A stretch of DNA of 64,000 nt from Planctomycetota bacterium (lineage in GTDB: Bacteria > Planctomycetota > UBA1135 > UBA2386): NCBI GenBank assembly GCA_965223545.1, contig OZ245006.1:5568001-5632000 (forward strand), written 5' to 3'. Positions 50,245-59,338 of the stretch are shown here, piece by piece. Positions within the stretch are counted from its first letter, which is position 1; every line of letters starts with the position of its first letter. The notes beneath the pieces are model-generated. The model was given only the letters and a program-made list of their open reading frames with translations. It was not told the DNA's origin and made no database searches. The position numbers and the translations under genes were made by a program.

Positions 50245-51398
50245 TGGACTTCAGCCTCGACGCAGACCAGAAGCTGCTGCGCGATGAGATCGTCGAGTTC
50301 TGTCGCAAGGAGCTGAACGCGGGTGTCGAGGAGCGCGACGCGGCGCAGGAGTTCCGGCGCGACTTGTGGCTCAAGTGTGGAGACATGGGGCTGACGGGGT
50401 TGCCCGTGCCGCGCGAGTACGGCGGCGTCGGCCTGGACCCGCTGAGCACGGCGATCGCGCTCGAGGCCTTTGGCTACGGCTGTCGGGACGGCGGGCTGGT
50501 GTTCTCGGTCTGTGCGCACCTCCTGGCTTGCGTGGTGCCGCTTTGGAAACACGGCAGCGAGGAGCTCAAGCAGCGCTACCTGCCGGCCCTGGCCAGTGGG
50601 CGGAGCATCGCGGTCAACGCGATGACCGAGCCCGGCAGTGGTTCGGATGCGTTCGCGATGCGGACAAAGGCCGTGCTCGACGGGGATCACTACCGCGTGC
50701 AGGGCACCAAGACCTTCAGCTCGAACGGTCCGGTTTCCGATCTGGCGGTGCTCTACGCCGTCACCGACCCGGACAAGGGCTACCACGGCGGCACATCGGC
50801 GTTCGTCGTCGAGCGCGGCGACGGCGGCTATCAGCCCGGTCAGAAGTTCGTCAAGATGGGGCTGCGCACGGCGCCGATCGGCGAGCTGGTGTTCGACGAC
50901 GCGCGCGTGCCGGCGGCCAACATGATCGGCGGAGCCGGGGCTGGCGGCGTGATCTTCCAGCAGTCGATGGAGTGGGAGCGGATCTGTCTGGTGGCAGCGC
51001 ACGTCGGCGCGATGCAGCGGTTGCTCGAGTCCGCCGTCGAGTACGCACGCACACGCACCGCCTACGGCCAACCGATCGGCAAGTTCCAAGCGGTGGCGCA
51101 CCGCATCGTCGACATGAAGGTGCGGTTGGAGGCCGCCCGGCTGATGGTCTACAAGGCGGCCGCCCGCCTGGACCAGCGCGGTGCGCGTGACATCGGGATG
51201 GATGCGTCGGTCACCAAGCTGTTCGTCAGCGAGGCGCTGGTCCAATCGGCGCTGGACGCCGTGCGCGTGCTCGGGGGCTACGGCTTCATGGCGGAGTACG
51301 AGGTCGAGCGCGTGTTGCGCGACTCGGTGGGCGGGCTGCTCTACTCGGGCACGTCCGACATCCAGCGCAACATCGTGGCCGGCTGGCTGGGTCTGTAG
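50244..51398 (+). CDS. Acyl-CoA dehydrogenase family, prolyl-PCP dehydrogenase-like (PltE/RedW/PigA)
   Basis: EAFGYGCRDGGLVFSVCAHL, TEPGSGSD, MEWER, GYGFM.EY, YSGTSDIQR. Confidence 0.85.
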   Translation: MDFSLDADQKLLRDEIVEFCRKELNAGVEERDAAQEFRRDLWLKCGDMGLTGLPVPREYGGVGLDPLSTAIALEAFGYGCRDGGLVFSVCAHLLACVVPLWKHGSEELKQRYLPALASGRSIAVNAMTEPGSGSDAFAMRTKAVLDGDHYRVQGTKTFSSNGPVSDLAVLYAVTDPDKGYHGGTSAFVVERGDGGYQPGQKFVKMGLRTAPIGELVFDDARVPAANMIGGAGAGGVIFQQSMEWERICLVAAHVGAMQRLLESAVEYARTRTAYGQPIGKFQAVAHRIVDMKVRLEAARLMVYKAAARLDQRGARDIGMDASVTKLFVSEALVQSALDAVRVLGGYGFMAEYEVERVLRDSVGGLLYSGTSDIQRNIVAGWLGL

Positions 51399-51463
51399 CG
51401 AGCCTGCCCCGCGATCGGCGAATTTCTTGTCTTCGTCGCGGCGCATTCGTATCACGCCGCATC

Positions 51464-52081
51464 ATGAAGCGAATCCTCACCCCGTTCTTCTTGGCCCCGC
51501 TGCTCTGGTCGGCGGTTGCCGATCAGCGAGTCGAAGCCGTCGAGCACTCGGCTCAGCCAACTCGCCTCGAGCCCGGTAGCTTCAAGGTCGACACCACACA
51601 CTCGGCCTGCATCTTCCGCGTCAAGCATGCCGGCGCGGCGTTCTTCTACGGGCGGTTCAACCACGTCGAGGGTGAGCTGGCGCTCGACGAGGACGACTTG
51701 GCCACCGCCGAGGTCACGATTCGCGTCAAGGCCGATAGTGTCGACACCGCGGTCGAGGGGCGCGACAAGCATGTGCGGAGCCCCGACTTCTTGGACGCGG
51801 CCCAGTTTCCATGGATCACGTTCAAGGGCGAGGAGTTCGAACGCGCCGGCGACAACGCGTTCACGGTGCGCGGCCAGCTGGAGTTGCGCGGCGTGAGCAA
51901 GCCGATCGAGATGCGCGTCGAGCACACCGGCACCGGTGAGTTCCGCGGCTCGACGCGGGTGGGCTACGAGACCACGTTCGCGATCAAGCGCAGCGAGTTC
52001 GGTTCGAACTACGGCATCGAAGCGGGCGCCCTCGGCGACGAGGTGCGGCTGACGTTCGGCTTGGAGATGATCAAGCAGTGA
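51464..52081 (+). CDS. YceI family protein
   Basis: Signal peptide; VDTTHS..FRVKH, RDKHVRSPDFLD, IKRSEFG. Confidence 0.9.
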   Translation: MKRILTPFFLAPLLWSAVADQRVEAVEHSAQPTRLEPGSFKVDTTHSACIFRVKHAGAAFFYGRFNHVEGELALDEDDLATAEVTIRVKADSVDTAVEGRDKHVRSPDFLDAAQFPWITFKGEEFERAGDNAFTVRGQLELRGVSKPIEMRVEHTGTGEFRGSTRVGYETTFAIKRSEFGSNYGIEAGALGDEVRLTFGLEMIKQ

Positions 52082-52923
52082 TCGCCGACGCATTCCTGCA
52101 ACAGCTGCTGCTCGGCCTGGCGCCGCCGGTCGCAGCCGCGGCGGGAGTGCTTGGGGTCGCGGTGGTCTGGGACCGCGGGCGCCGTGCCTGCGGGGACGGC
52201 GCGGCCGCGCTGGCGCTCGCCACGAGCTTGCTGGCGGGGTTGGTCGCCCTCGACGCTTGGCCTCGGTTGCCGCCGGCGAGTGGCACTCAAGCGGCGGTCG
52301 TGGCGGTCGTGGCGGCGTCGCTCGTCGCGGCCGCCGACGGTTGGCGGCGGTGGCCGCGCGGTGTGTGGGCGGTCGTAGTCGTTCTGCTCGCCGCCCTCGG
52401 CAGCGTGCTCGTCTTGATGCGCGTGCTGTCCCACTGGACCGTGCCGCGGCTCTCGGGGTACGTCGCAGCGGGCGTCGTGCTGACCGGCGCGGCGGCGTTG
52501 GCGTGGCGGGCCGCCGCGCGGCGGGCGCCGGTGTTGGTGGCCACCCACGTCGCGGCAGTCGCCGCCGGCAGCGGTGCGGTGCTGAGCTCGGGCAGCGCGC
52601 TGCTCGGTCAGCTCGCCGGCGCGCTGGCGGCCGGTGCCGCGGTCGTGGCGCTGGCGTCGCTGTGGCTGCCCGCGGCGCGACCGCGCCGCGGCGCGACCGT
52701 GGTGGCGGCGCTGGCCGTGGCGCTGCTAGCGGTGTGTGGCGTCGCGTTTGCCGACGTCGAGATCGCTGCCGTGGCCTGGCTGGGCGTGGCTCCGCTGGCT
52801 GCGCTGGCCGTGCGCCCGCTGCGCGCGCCGGTCGTTCGATGGCTGGTGGTGCTCGGTGTCACGGGTGGTTTTCTGTCGATGGCGGTCGCGACCGCGCCGC
52901 AGAACCCCTATGCGGGATACTGA
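52078..52923 (+). CDS. Multi-pass membrane hypothetical protein
   Basis: Many hydrophobic segments; GTGA coupling to the YceI gene. Confidence 0.6.
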   Translation: MIADAFLQQLLLGLAPPVAAAAGVLGVAVVWDRGRRACGDGAAALALATSLLAGLVALDAWPRLPPASGTQAAVVAVVAASLVAAADGWRRWPRGVWAVVVVLLAALGSVLVLMRVLSHWTVPRLSGYVAAGVVLTGAAALAWRAAARRAPVLVATHVAAVAAGSGAVLSSGSALLGQLAGALAAGAAVVALASLWLPAARPRRGATVVAALAVALLAVCGVAFADVEIAAVAWLGVAPLAALAVRPLRAPVVRWLVVLGVTGGFLSMAVATAPQNPYAGY

Positions 52924-52928
52924 GCCCG

Positions 52929-55751
52929 ATGCCCGTGCGCTGTGTCTTGGTTCTGCTCGCTGCCGCGGGGGTCCTGCGTGGTCAGACCACCGTCCCCCCC
53001 GACTGGGCGCTGCGCCCGCTTCCCGCCCACGTCTCGGTGCCGCCGGTATCGGACGCGTGGATCACCAACGAGATCGACGCGTTCGTCTTGGCGCGGGCCC
53101 GCGCGGCGGGGCTCGAGCCGTCGCCGGTCGCCGACCGGCGTACCTTGCTGCGTCGCTTGTCCTACGACCTGACGGGGTTGCCGCCGACCACGGCGGAGCT
53201 GGCGGCGTTCGACGCCCACGATGCTGACGATGCTGACCGGGCGTTCGACGCGGCCGTCGAGCGGCTGTTGGCATCGCCTCGCTACGGCGAACGCATGGCG
53301 ACGCCCTGGCTCGATGCCGCGCGCTACGCCGACACGCTGGGCTACCAGGCCGACCGCGAGCAGCGGGTCTGGCCCTGGCGCGACTGGGTGGTGGCGGCGT
53401 TCAACCAGAATCTGCCCTACGATGACTTCCTGACCTGGCAGCTCGCCGGCGACCTGCTGCCGGATGCCACCCGCGCGCAGCGACTCGCGACCACCTTCCA
53501 ACGGCTGCACCGGCAGACCGAGGAGGGCGGCACCGTCGAGGAGGAGTTTCGCGTCGAGTACGGCGCCGATCGAGTCGACACGTTCGGCACGGCCATGCTC
53601 GGCTTGACGGTGGGTTGCGCACGGTGTCACGACCACAAGCACGATCCGATCAGTGCGCGCGACTACTACGGCCTGTGGGCGATGTTCGCCAACATCGACG
53701 AATCGGGACAGACGAGTCACTTCACCGACGCAGTGCCGGTGCCGGCGCTGGCTTTGCCGACCGCGGACGACACGCGGGCCATGGCGGGGTTGGCGCGGCG
53801 CGTGGCCGATGCCGAGATGGGACTGCGCCTGGCGCGCGCGGCTGTGCCGGCGACCGGCGCGCTGGCGCCGCCGCTCGTGGATGCGGTGGCGCACTATCCG
53901 CTGGAATCGGTCGGCGGAGAGGGCGCGTTGGCGAACCGCGTCGCCGGCGGTCGCGGCGGGGTGGCGGTCGACGGCCCGGAGCCGATCGATGGCGTGCGGG
54001 GACGCGGTCTGCGGCTCGACGGCGAGAACGGGCTCGAGTTCGAGGGCGTGGGCAGCGCACACAGCGCGCAGCCGTTCTCGGTGGCGATCTCGCTGTTGCT
54101 ACCGCATGTCTACGACCGTGCGGTCGTGATCCACAAGAGCAGGGCGGCGTTGGACGCCGGCAGCCGCGGCTGGCAGCTCTTGATCGAGGACGGCGCACTG
54201 GTCGCGGTCTTGGCGCACATGTGGCCGCACGACGCGGCGGCGGTGCGCGCGCGGCGACCGTTGCCGCTCGGTCGTTGGGTGTCGGTGGCGATGACCCATG
54301 ACGGCTCGCGGCGCGCCGGTGGTGTCCGCCTGTTCGTCGACGGGCTGCCGGTGGCGACCGATGTCATCCGCGACGGTCTGCGCGGCGATCTCGTGTACGA
54401 GCGCGGCGGCGAGCCTCCGATGGTGGTCGGGCAGCGGTTTCGCGACCGCGGTCTGGCCGGTGGTGGGGTCGACGAGATCTGGTGGTTCGCGCGGCAGCTG
54501 TCGGCGCTCGAGGTGCTCGAGCTGGCGCGGCCGGGCGCATTCGCCGCGGCGGTCGCCGGTGCCCCCGATCTCCGCCATTCGCTCGCCGAGCACCGGCGTC
54601 ACAGCGATGCGGGCGTGCGCCGCCTGCGCCAGGTGGTGTTCGAGGCGCGTGATGCCCACCGCCAGCGGCTGGCGGCCGTGCCGCAGATCATGACCATGGT
54701 GGAGATGCCGCGGCGCCGCCCGGCGTTCGTCCTGCAGCGCGGTGCGTACGACGCGCCGGGCGAAGCGGTCGAGCCGAGCACACCTGCCGTGCTGCCGCCG
54801 TTCGGCGCGCGCCGCCGCGATCGCCTGGGGCTGGCGCAGTGGTTGGTGCAGCCGGATCACCCGCTCACCGCGCGCGTCGCCGTCAATCGTTTCTGGCATG
54901 TCTTGATGGGCCGCGGTTTGGTGGAGACGGTCGAGGACTTCGGCAGCCAAGGCGCGCGGCCGACGCACCCCGCGCTGCTGGACTGGCTGGCGCGTCGCTT
55001 CGTCGACTCGGGGTGGGACGTCAAGGCGCTGGTCCGTGACATCGTGCGGTCATCGACCTACCGGCAGGCCAGTGGTGGCGGCGCGCCGTCCGCCACGCGC
55101 TGGTGGATTGGCGCGGCCGAGCATCGCTGGCCGGCGGAAATGCTGCGCGACGCCGCGCTGGCGGCGGCTGGCCTGCTGGTGGAAAGGGTCGGTGGGCCTC
55201 CGGTCAAGCCGTACCAGCCGGACGGGCTGTGGAGGGAGAAGTCGGGAGCGCGCTATGTGCCCGACGACGGCGAGGGGCTCTACCGGCGCAGCCTCTACAC
55301 GTACTTCAAACGGACTTCTCCGCCGCCGTCGATGATCTTGTTCGACGCTGCCCGGCGGTTGACTTGTCAGGTCCGGCGGCCGGTGACCACGACTCCCCTG
55401 CAGGCGTTGGTGTTGTGGAACGACCCACAGTGGGTCGAAGCGGCCCGCTGCACGGCCGAGGCGGCGTTCGCAGGCGTTCCGGAGAGCGGTCCGGCGGGCG
55501 ATCGAGCGCGGTTGGCGGCCGTTTTCGAGGCTCTCCTGGGGCGCGCCCCCAACCTGGCCGAGCAACCCGTGCTCGCGGCGATGCTGGCGGAACAACGGCA
55601 GGCCTTCGCGGCGGAGCCGGCATCGGCCGAGGCGTGGGTGGCGGTCGGCAGTCGGCCGGTGGCCGCGGTGGCGAGCGCGGTCGAGATCGCGGCGCTCGGG
55701 ATCGTGGTCAGTGGGCTGCACTGCCACGATGGGTTCTTGCGCCGGCGTTGA
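52929..55751 (+). CDS. DUF1549/DUF1553 (PSCyt2/PSD1) protein with internal LamG-like domain
   Basis: [66 protein letters not shown]. Confidence 0.92.
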   Translation: MPVRCVLVLLAAAGVLRGQTTVPPDWALRPLPAHVSVPPVSDAWITNEIDAFVLARARAAGLEPSPVADRRTLLRRLSYDLTGLPPTTAELAAFDAHDADDADRAFDAAVERLLASPRYGERMATPWLDAARYADTLGYQADREQRVWPWRDWVVAAFNQNLPYDDFLTWQLAGDLLPDATRAQRLATTFQRLHRQTEEGGTVEEEFRVEYGADRVDTFGTAMLGLTVGCARCHDHKHDPISARDYYGLWAMFANIDESGQTSHFTDAVPVPALALPTADDTRAMAGLARRVADAEMGLRLARAAVPATGALAPPLVDAVAHYPLESVGGEGALANRVAGGRGGVAVDGPEPIDGVRGRGLRLDGENGLEFEGVGSAHSAQPFSVAISLLLPHVYDRAVVIHKSRAALDAGSRGWQLLIEDGALVAVLAHMWPHDAAAVRARRPLPLGRWVSVAMTHDGSRRAGGVRLFVDGLPVATDVIRDGLRGDLVYERGGEPPMVVGQRFRDRGLAGGGVDEIWWFARQLSALEVLELARPGAFAAAVAGAPDLRHSLAEHRRHSDAGVRRLRQVVFEARDAHRQRLAAVPQIMTMVEMPRRRPAFVLQRGAYDAPGEAVEPSTPAVLPPFGARRRDRLGLAQWLVQPDHPLTARVAVNRFWHVLMGRGLVETVEDFGSQGARPTHPALLDWLARRFVDSGWDVKALVRDIVRSSTYRQASGGGAPSATRWWIGAAEHRWPAEMLRDAALAAAGLLVERVGGPPVKPYQPDGLWREKSGARYVPDDGEGLYRRSLYTYFKRTSPPPSMILFDAARRLTCQVRRPVTTTPLQALVLWNDPQWVEAARCTAEAAFAGVPESGPAGDRARLAAVFEALLGRAPNLAEQPVLAAMLAEQRQAFAAEPASAEAWVAVGSRPVAAVASAVEIAALGIVVSGLHCHDGFLRRR

Positions 55752-55779
55752 GCGGCGTGGATACCAGTCGGTCGACCCG

Positions 55780-56937
55780 ATGCTCTCGACCACACAGCCT
55801 TTGCCCGTTCGGACGGCGGTGTCCGCTGGCTGCCTGATCTGGATCTGCAGCGCGGCGTGCGTCGGACCGGCTCCGCACGGACTTCCGATCGTCGACCTCT
55901 GTCGCGACAACGTCTGCGCGATTCCCGTCGACCGCGAGCACGGTCAGTATCTCGGTCACCCATCGACCGTGTTGCTCGAAGATGGCCGCACGCTGTTGGC
56001 GGTCTACCCCAAGGGGCACGGCACCGGGGCTCTGGTCCTGAAGCGGTCGGACGACGGCGGGCTGACGTGGTCGGCGCGGCTGCCCACGCCGCCATCATGG
56101 GAGGGTTCCATCGCGGCGCCTTCGCTGCATCGCATCGTCGCGCCGGATGGTACGCGGCGCCTGTTGCTGTTCACTGGTTCGCATCCCATTCGCAGCTCGG
56201 TCTCGACGGACGATGGTGCGTCGTGGACCGAGTTGGAGCCCATCGGTGACTTCGGCGGAATCATGACCATGGCCTCGGTCGAGCAGCTCGCCGACGGCAC
56301 GGCGATGGCGTTGTTCCACGACGACGGCCGGTTCATCGGACCGGTCGATGCCAGCGATCCCGCGGCGCTCCAGTTCGTGGTCTACAAGACCATCAGCCGC
56401 GATGGCGGCCTGACCTGGAGTCCGCCCGTGGCCATCGTGCACCAGCCGCCGCTCCATCTGTGCGAGCCGGGCCTGGTCCGCTCGCCGGACGGCCGGCGGA
56501 TGGCGCTGCTGTTGCGCGAGAACAGCCGGCGCGCCAACTCGCACATCGTCTTTTCCGACGACGAGGGGGTGACCTGGAGTGCGCCGCGCGCGCTGCCGAC
56601 GGCGTTGACGGGAGATCGGCACCAGGCGGTGTACGCCGCCGACGGCCGCCTGGTGGTCGCGTTCCGCGACATGGCGCGCTACAGCCGCACCTACGGCGAT
56701 TGGTGCGCGTGGGTCGGTACCTGGGACGACCTGGTGCGCGGCGCCGAGGGGCAGTATCGGTTGCGTCTGCTGCGCAACTACAAGGACGTCGACTGCGGCT
56801 ATCCCGGGCTACAACGCCTGGCGGACGGAACCCTGGTCGCGGTGTCGTACGGACATTGGCATCCGGGCGACGCGCCTTCGATCGCCTGCGTGCGGTTCAC
56901 GCTCGCGGTGATCGACGACCGAAGCCAAGCCCGCTAG
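55780..56937 (+). CDS. Sialidase/BNR-repeat protein
   Basis: Asp boxes SDDGGLTW, STDDGASW, SRDGGLTW, SDDEGVTW; DCGYP. Confidence 0.85.
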   Translation: MLSTTQPLPVRTAVSAGCLIWICSAACVGPAPHGLPIVDLCRDNVCAIPVDREHGQYLGHPSTVLLEDGRTLLAVYPKGHGTGALVLKRSDDGGLTWSARLPTPPSWEGSIAAPSLHRIVAPDGTRRLLLFTGSHPIRSSVSTDDGASWTELEPIGDFGGIMTMASVEQLADGTAMALFHDDGRFIGPVDASDPAALQFVVYKTISRDGGLTWSPPVAIVHQPPLHLCEPGLVRSPDGRRMALLLRENSRRANSHIVFSDDEGVTWSAPRALPTALTGDRHQAVYAADGRLVVAFRDMARYSRTYGDWCAWVGTWDDLVRGAEGQYRLRLLRNYKDVDCGYPGLQRLADGTLVAVSYGHWHPGDAPSIACVRFTLAVIDDRSQAR

Positions 56938-57074
56938 TCCTCGAGCGAGCGCGCCTCGGCCGGCCCGATGCCGCTGCCTACGCAGTGCGGCACCGTCTCA
57001 TCACTCACCTTGGGCCGACCAGCCCCCTCCCGAGCCCCACCCCACTGCCGAAACGGCAGCTCGCCCTGCACCAC
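56934..57074 (-). pseudogene. Possible N-terminal fragment of a REP-associated (Y1/HUH) transposase
   Basis: QGELPFRQWGGAREGAGRPK...VPH; similarity ends before any HUH motif. Confidence 0.45.
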
Positions 57075-57539
57075 CCCACGGCGCCGTCCACCGCGCCCCG
57101 ATCGAACTGCCTTGCTCGTTATTTGAATTAGCGGCCTTACTAATGAGGGAGTCCGCATGCAAGAATCCGAAAGGGAATCCGCGAAAGCGGCCGGCGATTC
57201 ACATGTAACCCGGCTCCCACCACCTCCAGCTCCAGAGCTGAAGGCTCGCCTCAGCACCATCACCGCCGACAGCGGTCCAAGACGAGGCACGGGGTGCGAC
57301 CGCTGCCGACGGTGACGGAGCTGAGGCGAGTGCGCATCATTCCGCGGCGAACCGCGCGATCTTGAATACGCGACCTTCCATCCAGCGGCGCAGCCACGCA
57401 ACACGACCGACTTGACCGGGTTCCCCTGCGCTCTTTGTGTTCAGGGAGCCCGAGTGCTTCGGGAGGGGCAGCGATGTCGGCGCCAACTTCGGACTCGCCG
57501 CCCGCATCGCCCGCGTCCGGCTGTCGCCCATGGGCGGGA

Positions 57540-59246
57540 CTAGCGGGAAGATCGAGCCGGACTCCGTACTTCCGCGACGGCCCAGTCGGCGGTGCGGAGT
57601 AGCGCGAACGCCTCTTCGCGGATGGCGATGTCGGCCGGTGGCGTCGCGGGGCCGTGGTTGCGGAAGTGGCGTATCAAGCGCCGTGCGGTGCCGCGGGGAT
57701 CCAGCCCGAGCTTTCTGCCGATGGCTTGTAGGCCGGTCGCCAAACGCCCCAGCACCGGGTGGCGCCGCCGGAGCGCGCGGCCGTGCAGCTGGTCCAGGCC
57801 CCAGGCGATGTGGTTGTGCAGGGCGGCGTCGGACATGCCGGAGAGATTGATCACGCGGTCGCTGATGTCGCGGTCGGCGAGCTCCATCAACCAAGCTTCC
57901 TCGTCTTCGATCAGGCCCCGGTCGCGGGCGATGTCGTACAGCTCGGTGCCCGGGTACGGGCAGGGAATCGAGAAGCCCGCGTGCTCGAAGCCGAGCGCAT
58001 CGAGGGCCTCGACGTTGGCGCGCATCGATGCGCGGCCGTCGGTCTCGTAGCCGAACAGGAGCTGCGCCGACGAAATCTCGAATCCGGCCTGCCGCGCCAG
58101 TCGGAGGGCGCGGACGATTTGCTCCGCCTTCTGTCCCTTGCGCATCGCCTTCAGCGTGGGGTCGTAGAAGGATTCGATGCCGATGCCGATGCTGCAGAAG
58201 CCGGCGCGGCGCATGACGTCGAGCAGTGGCTCGTCGATGAGGTTGGCCCGCAGGCCATTGATCGTGCCGAACACGTAGCGCCGGTCCTCGGCGATGACCC
58301 GTTCGCAGAACGCGCGCACCCAGTCCTTGTCGATGTTGAAGATCTCGTCGCCGAATACGAAGTGCGCCGTGGAGTAGCGCTCGGCCAAGAGATCGATGTG
58401 GGCGAGTGTGTGCTCGACCGACGTCGGTACGACCTTGCGGCCGAAGTTGCGGTAGCAGAAGTTGCAGGCAAACGGGCAGCCCCGCTTGGCGAACAGCATC
58501 ACCGGTCGACGGGCTCGCTCGGGGTCGATGCCGGCCTCGGCGACGCGCTCCGCCACTCGTCCCACCAGTGGGTACTTGTGGGCCGCGGTGTTCGCGATGT
58601 AGGGCTCGAGATCGACCAAGTGGTATGCCGGGTACGGCAGGTCCTCGATGTTGGCCATGCGCGGCCGGCCGGCGGTCTCGATGACGGTGGCGGAGTCGTC
58701 CAAGTAGCAGATGCCGGGGATCGCCGACAAGTCGGAGCCTTCGAGCAGGCGCTGGATCAACTCGACGATCACCGGTTCGCCTTCACCCACGCAGGCCACG
58801 TCGATACCAGTGCGCTCCAAGATCGTGCGCGGTGAAGCCGAACACGCGCTGCCGCCGCCGATCACCGGCACGTCCGGGTAAGCGCGCTTGAGCGCCAGCG
58901 ACAGCAGCTTCATGTAGTAGTAGACCGTCGTCATGCCGCCGATGCCGATGACGTCGAAGCGGCGTGTGCCGATCTCGGCCATCACCTCGTCGAAGGGCAG
59001 TCGGAGCAGATTGAGGTCGAGGATCTCGACCGTTGCGCCTGCGTGCTCGAGAACGGCCGCGATCGACATCAGGCCGAACGGCGGATACAGCGGCGGGGAC
59101 GAGACGCGCACCGGTGGGTAGACCAGCAGCACGCGACGGTCCTGCAGGGGTGCGCCGCCGCCGACCTCGAAGTCGGCGGTCTGCAGCTGCATCAGGTGGG
59201 CGGCGCGCGCGTCGGGGCGGGGGGGAGCTTCAGAGCTGCTTGCCAT
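57540..59246 (-). CDS. B12-binding radical SAM protein (class B-like)
   Basis: PPFGLMSIAA, GEGE, LPYP.Y, RGCPFACNFC, GIES, PYPGTELY; start uncertain (59192-59357). Confidence 0.9.
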   Translation of the reverse strand: MASSSEAPPRPDARAAHLMQLQTADFEVGGGAPLQDRRVLLVYPPVRVSSPPLYPPFGLMSIAAVLEHAGATVEILDLNLLRLPFDEVMAEIGTRRFDVIGIGGMTTVYYYMKLLSLALKRAYPDVPVIGGGSACSASPRTILERTGIDVACVGEGEPVIVELIQRLLEGSDLSAIPGICYLDDSATVIETAGRPRMANIEDLPYPAYHLVDLEPYIANTAAHKYPLVGRVAERVAEAGIDPERARRPVMLFAKRGCPFACNFCYRNFGRKVVPTSVEHTLAHIDLLAERYSTAHFVFGDEIFNIDKDWVRAFCERVIAEDRRYVFGTINGLRANLIDEPLLDVMRRAGFCSIGIGIESFYDPTLKAMRKGQKAEQIVRALRLARQAGFEISSAQLLFGYETDGRASMRANVEALDALGFEHAGFSIPCPYPGTELYDIARDRGLIEDEEAWLMELADRDISDRVINLSGMSDAALHNHIAWGLDQLHGRALRRRHPVLGRLATGLQAIGRKLGLDPRGTARRLIRHFRNHGPATPPADIAIREEAFALLRTADWAVAEVRSPARSSR

Positions 59247-59338
59247 GAGGCCGGTAGCGTCGGGGAATCGGAGCGGCTGCTGCATCGTTCGACACTTCGG
59301 GCGTCGAACTTGAGCGCATCCGTCGCAGGGCGGCCGGG

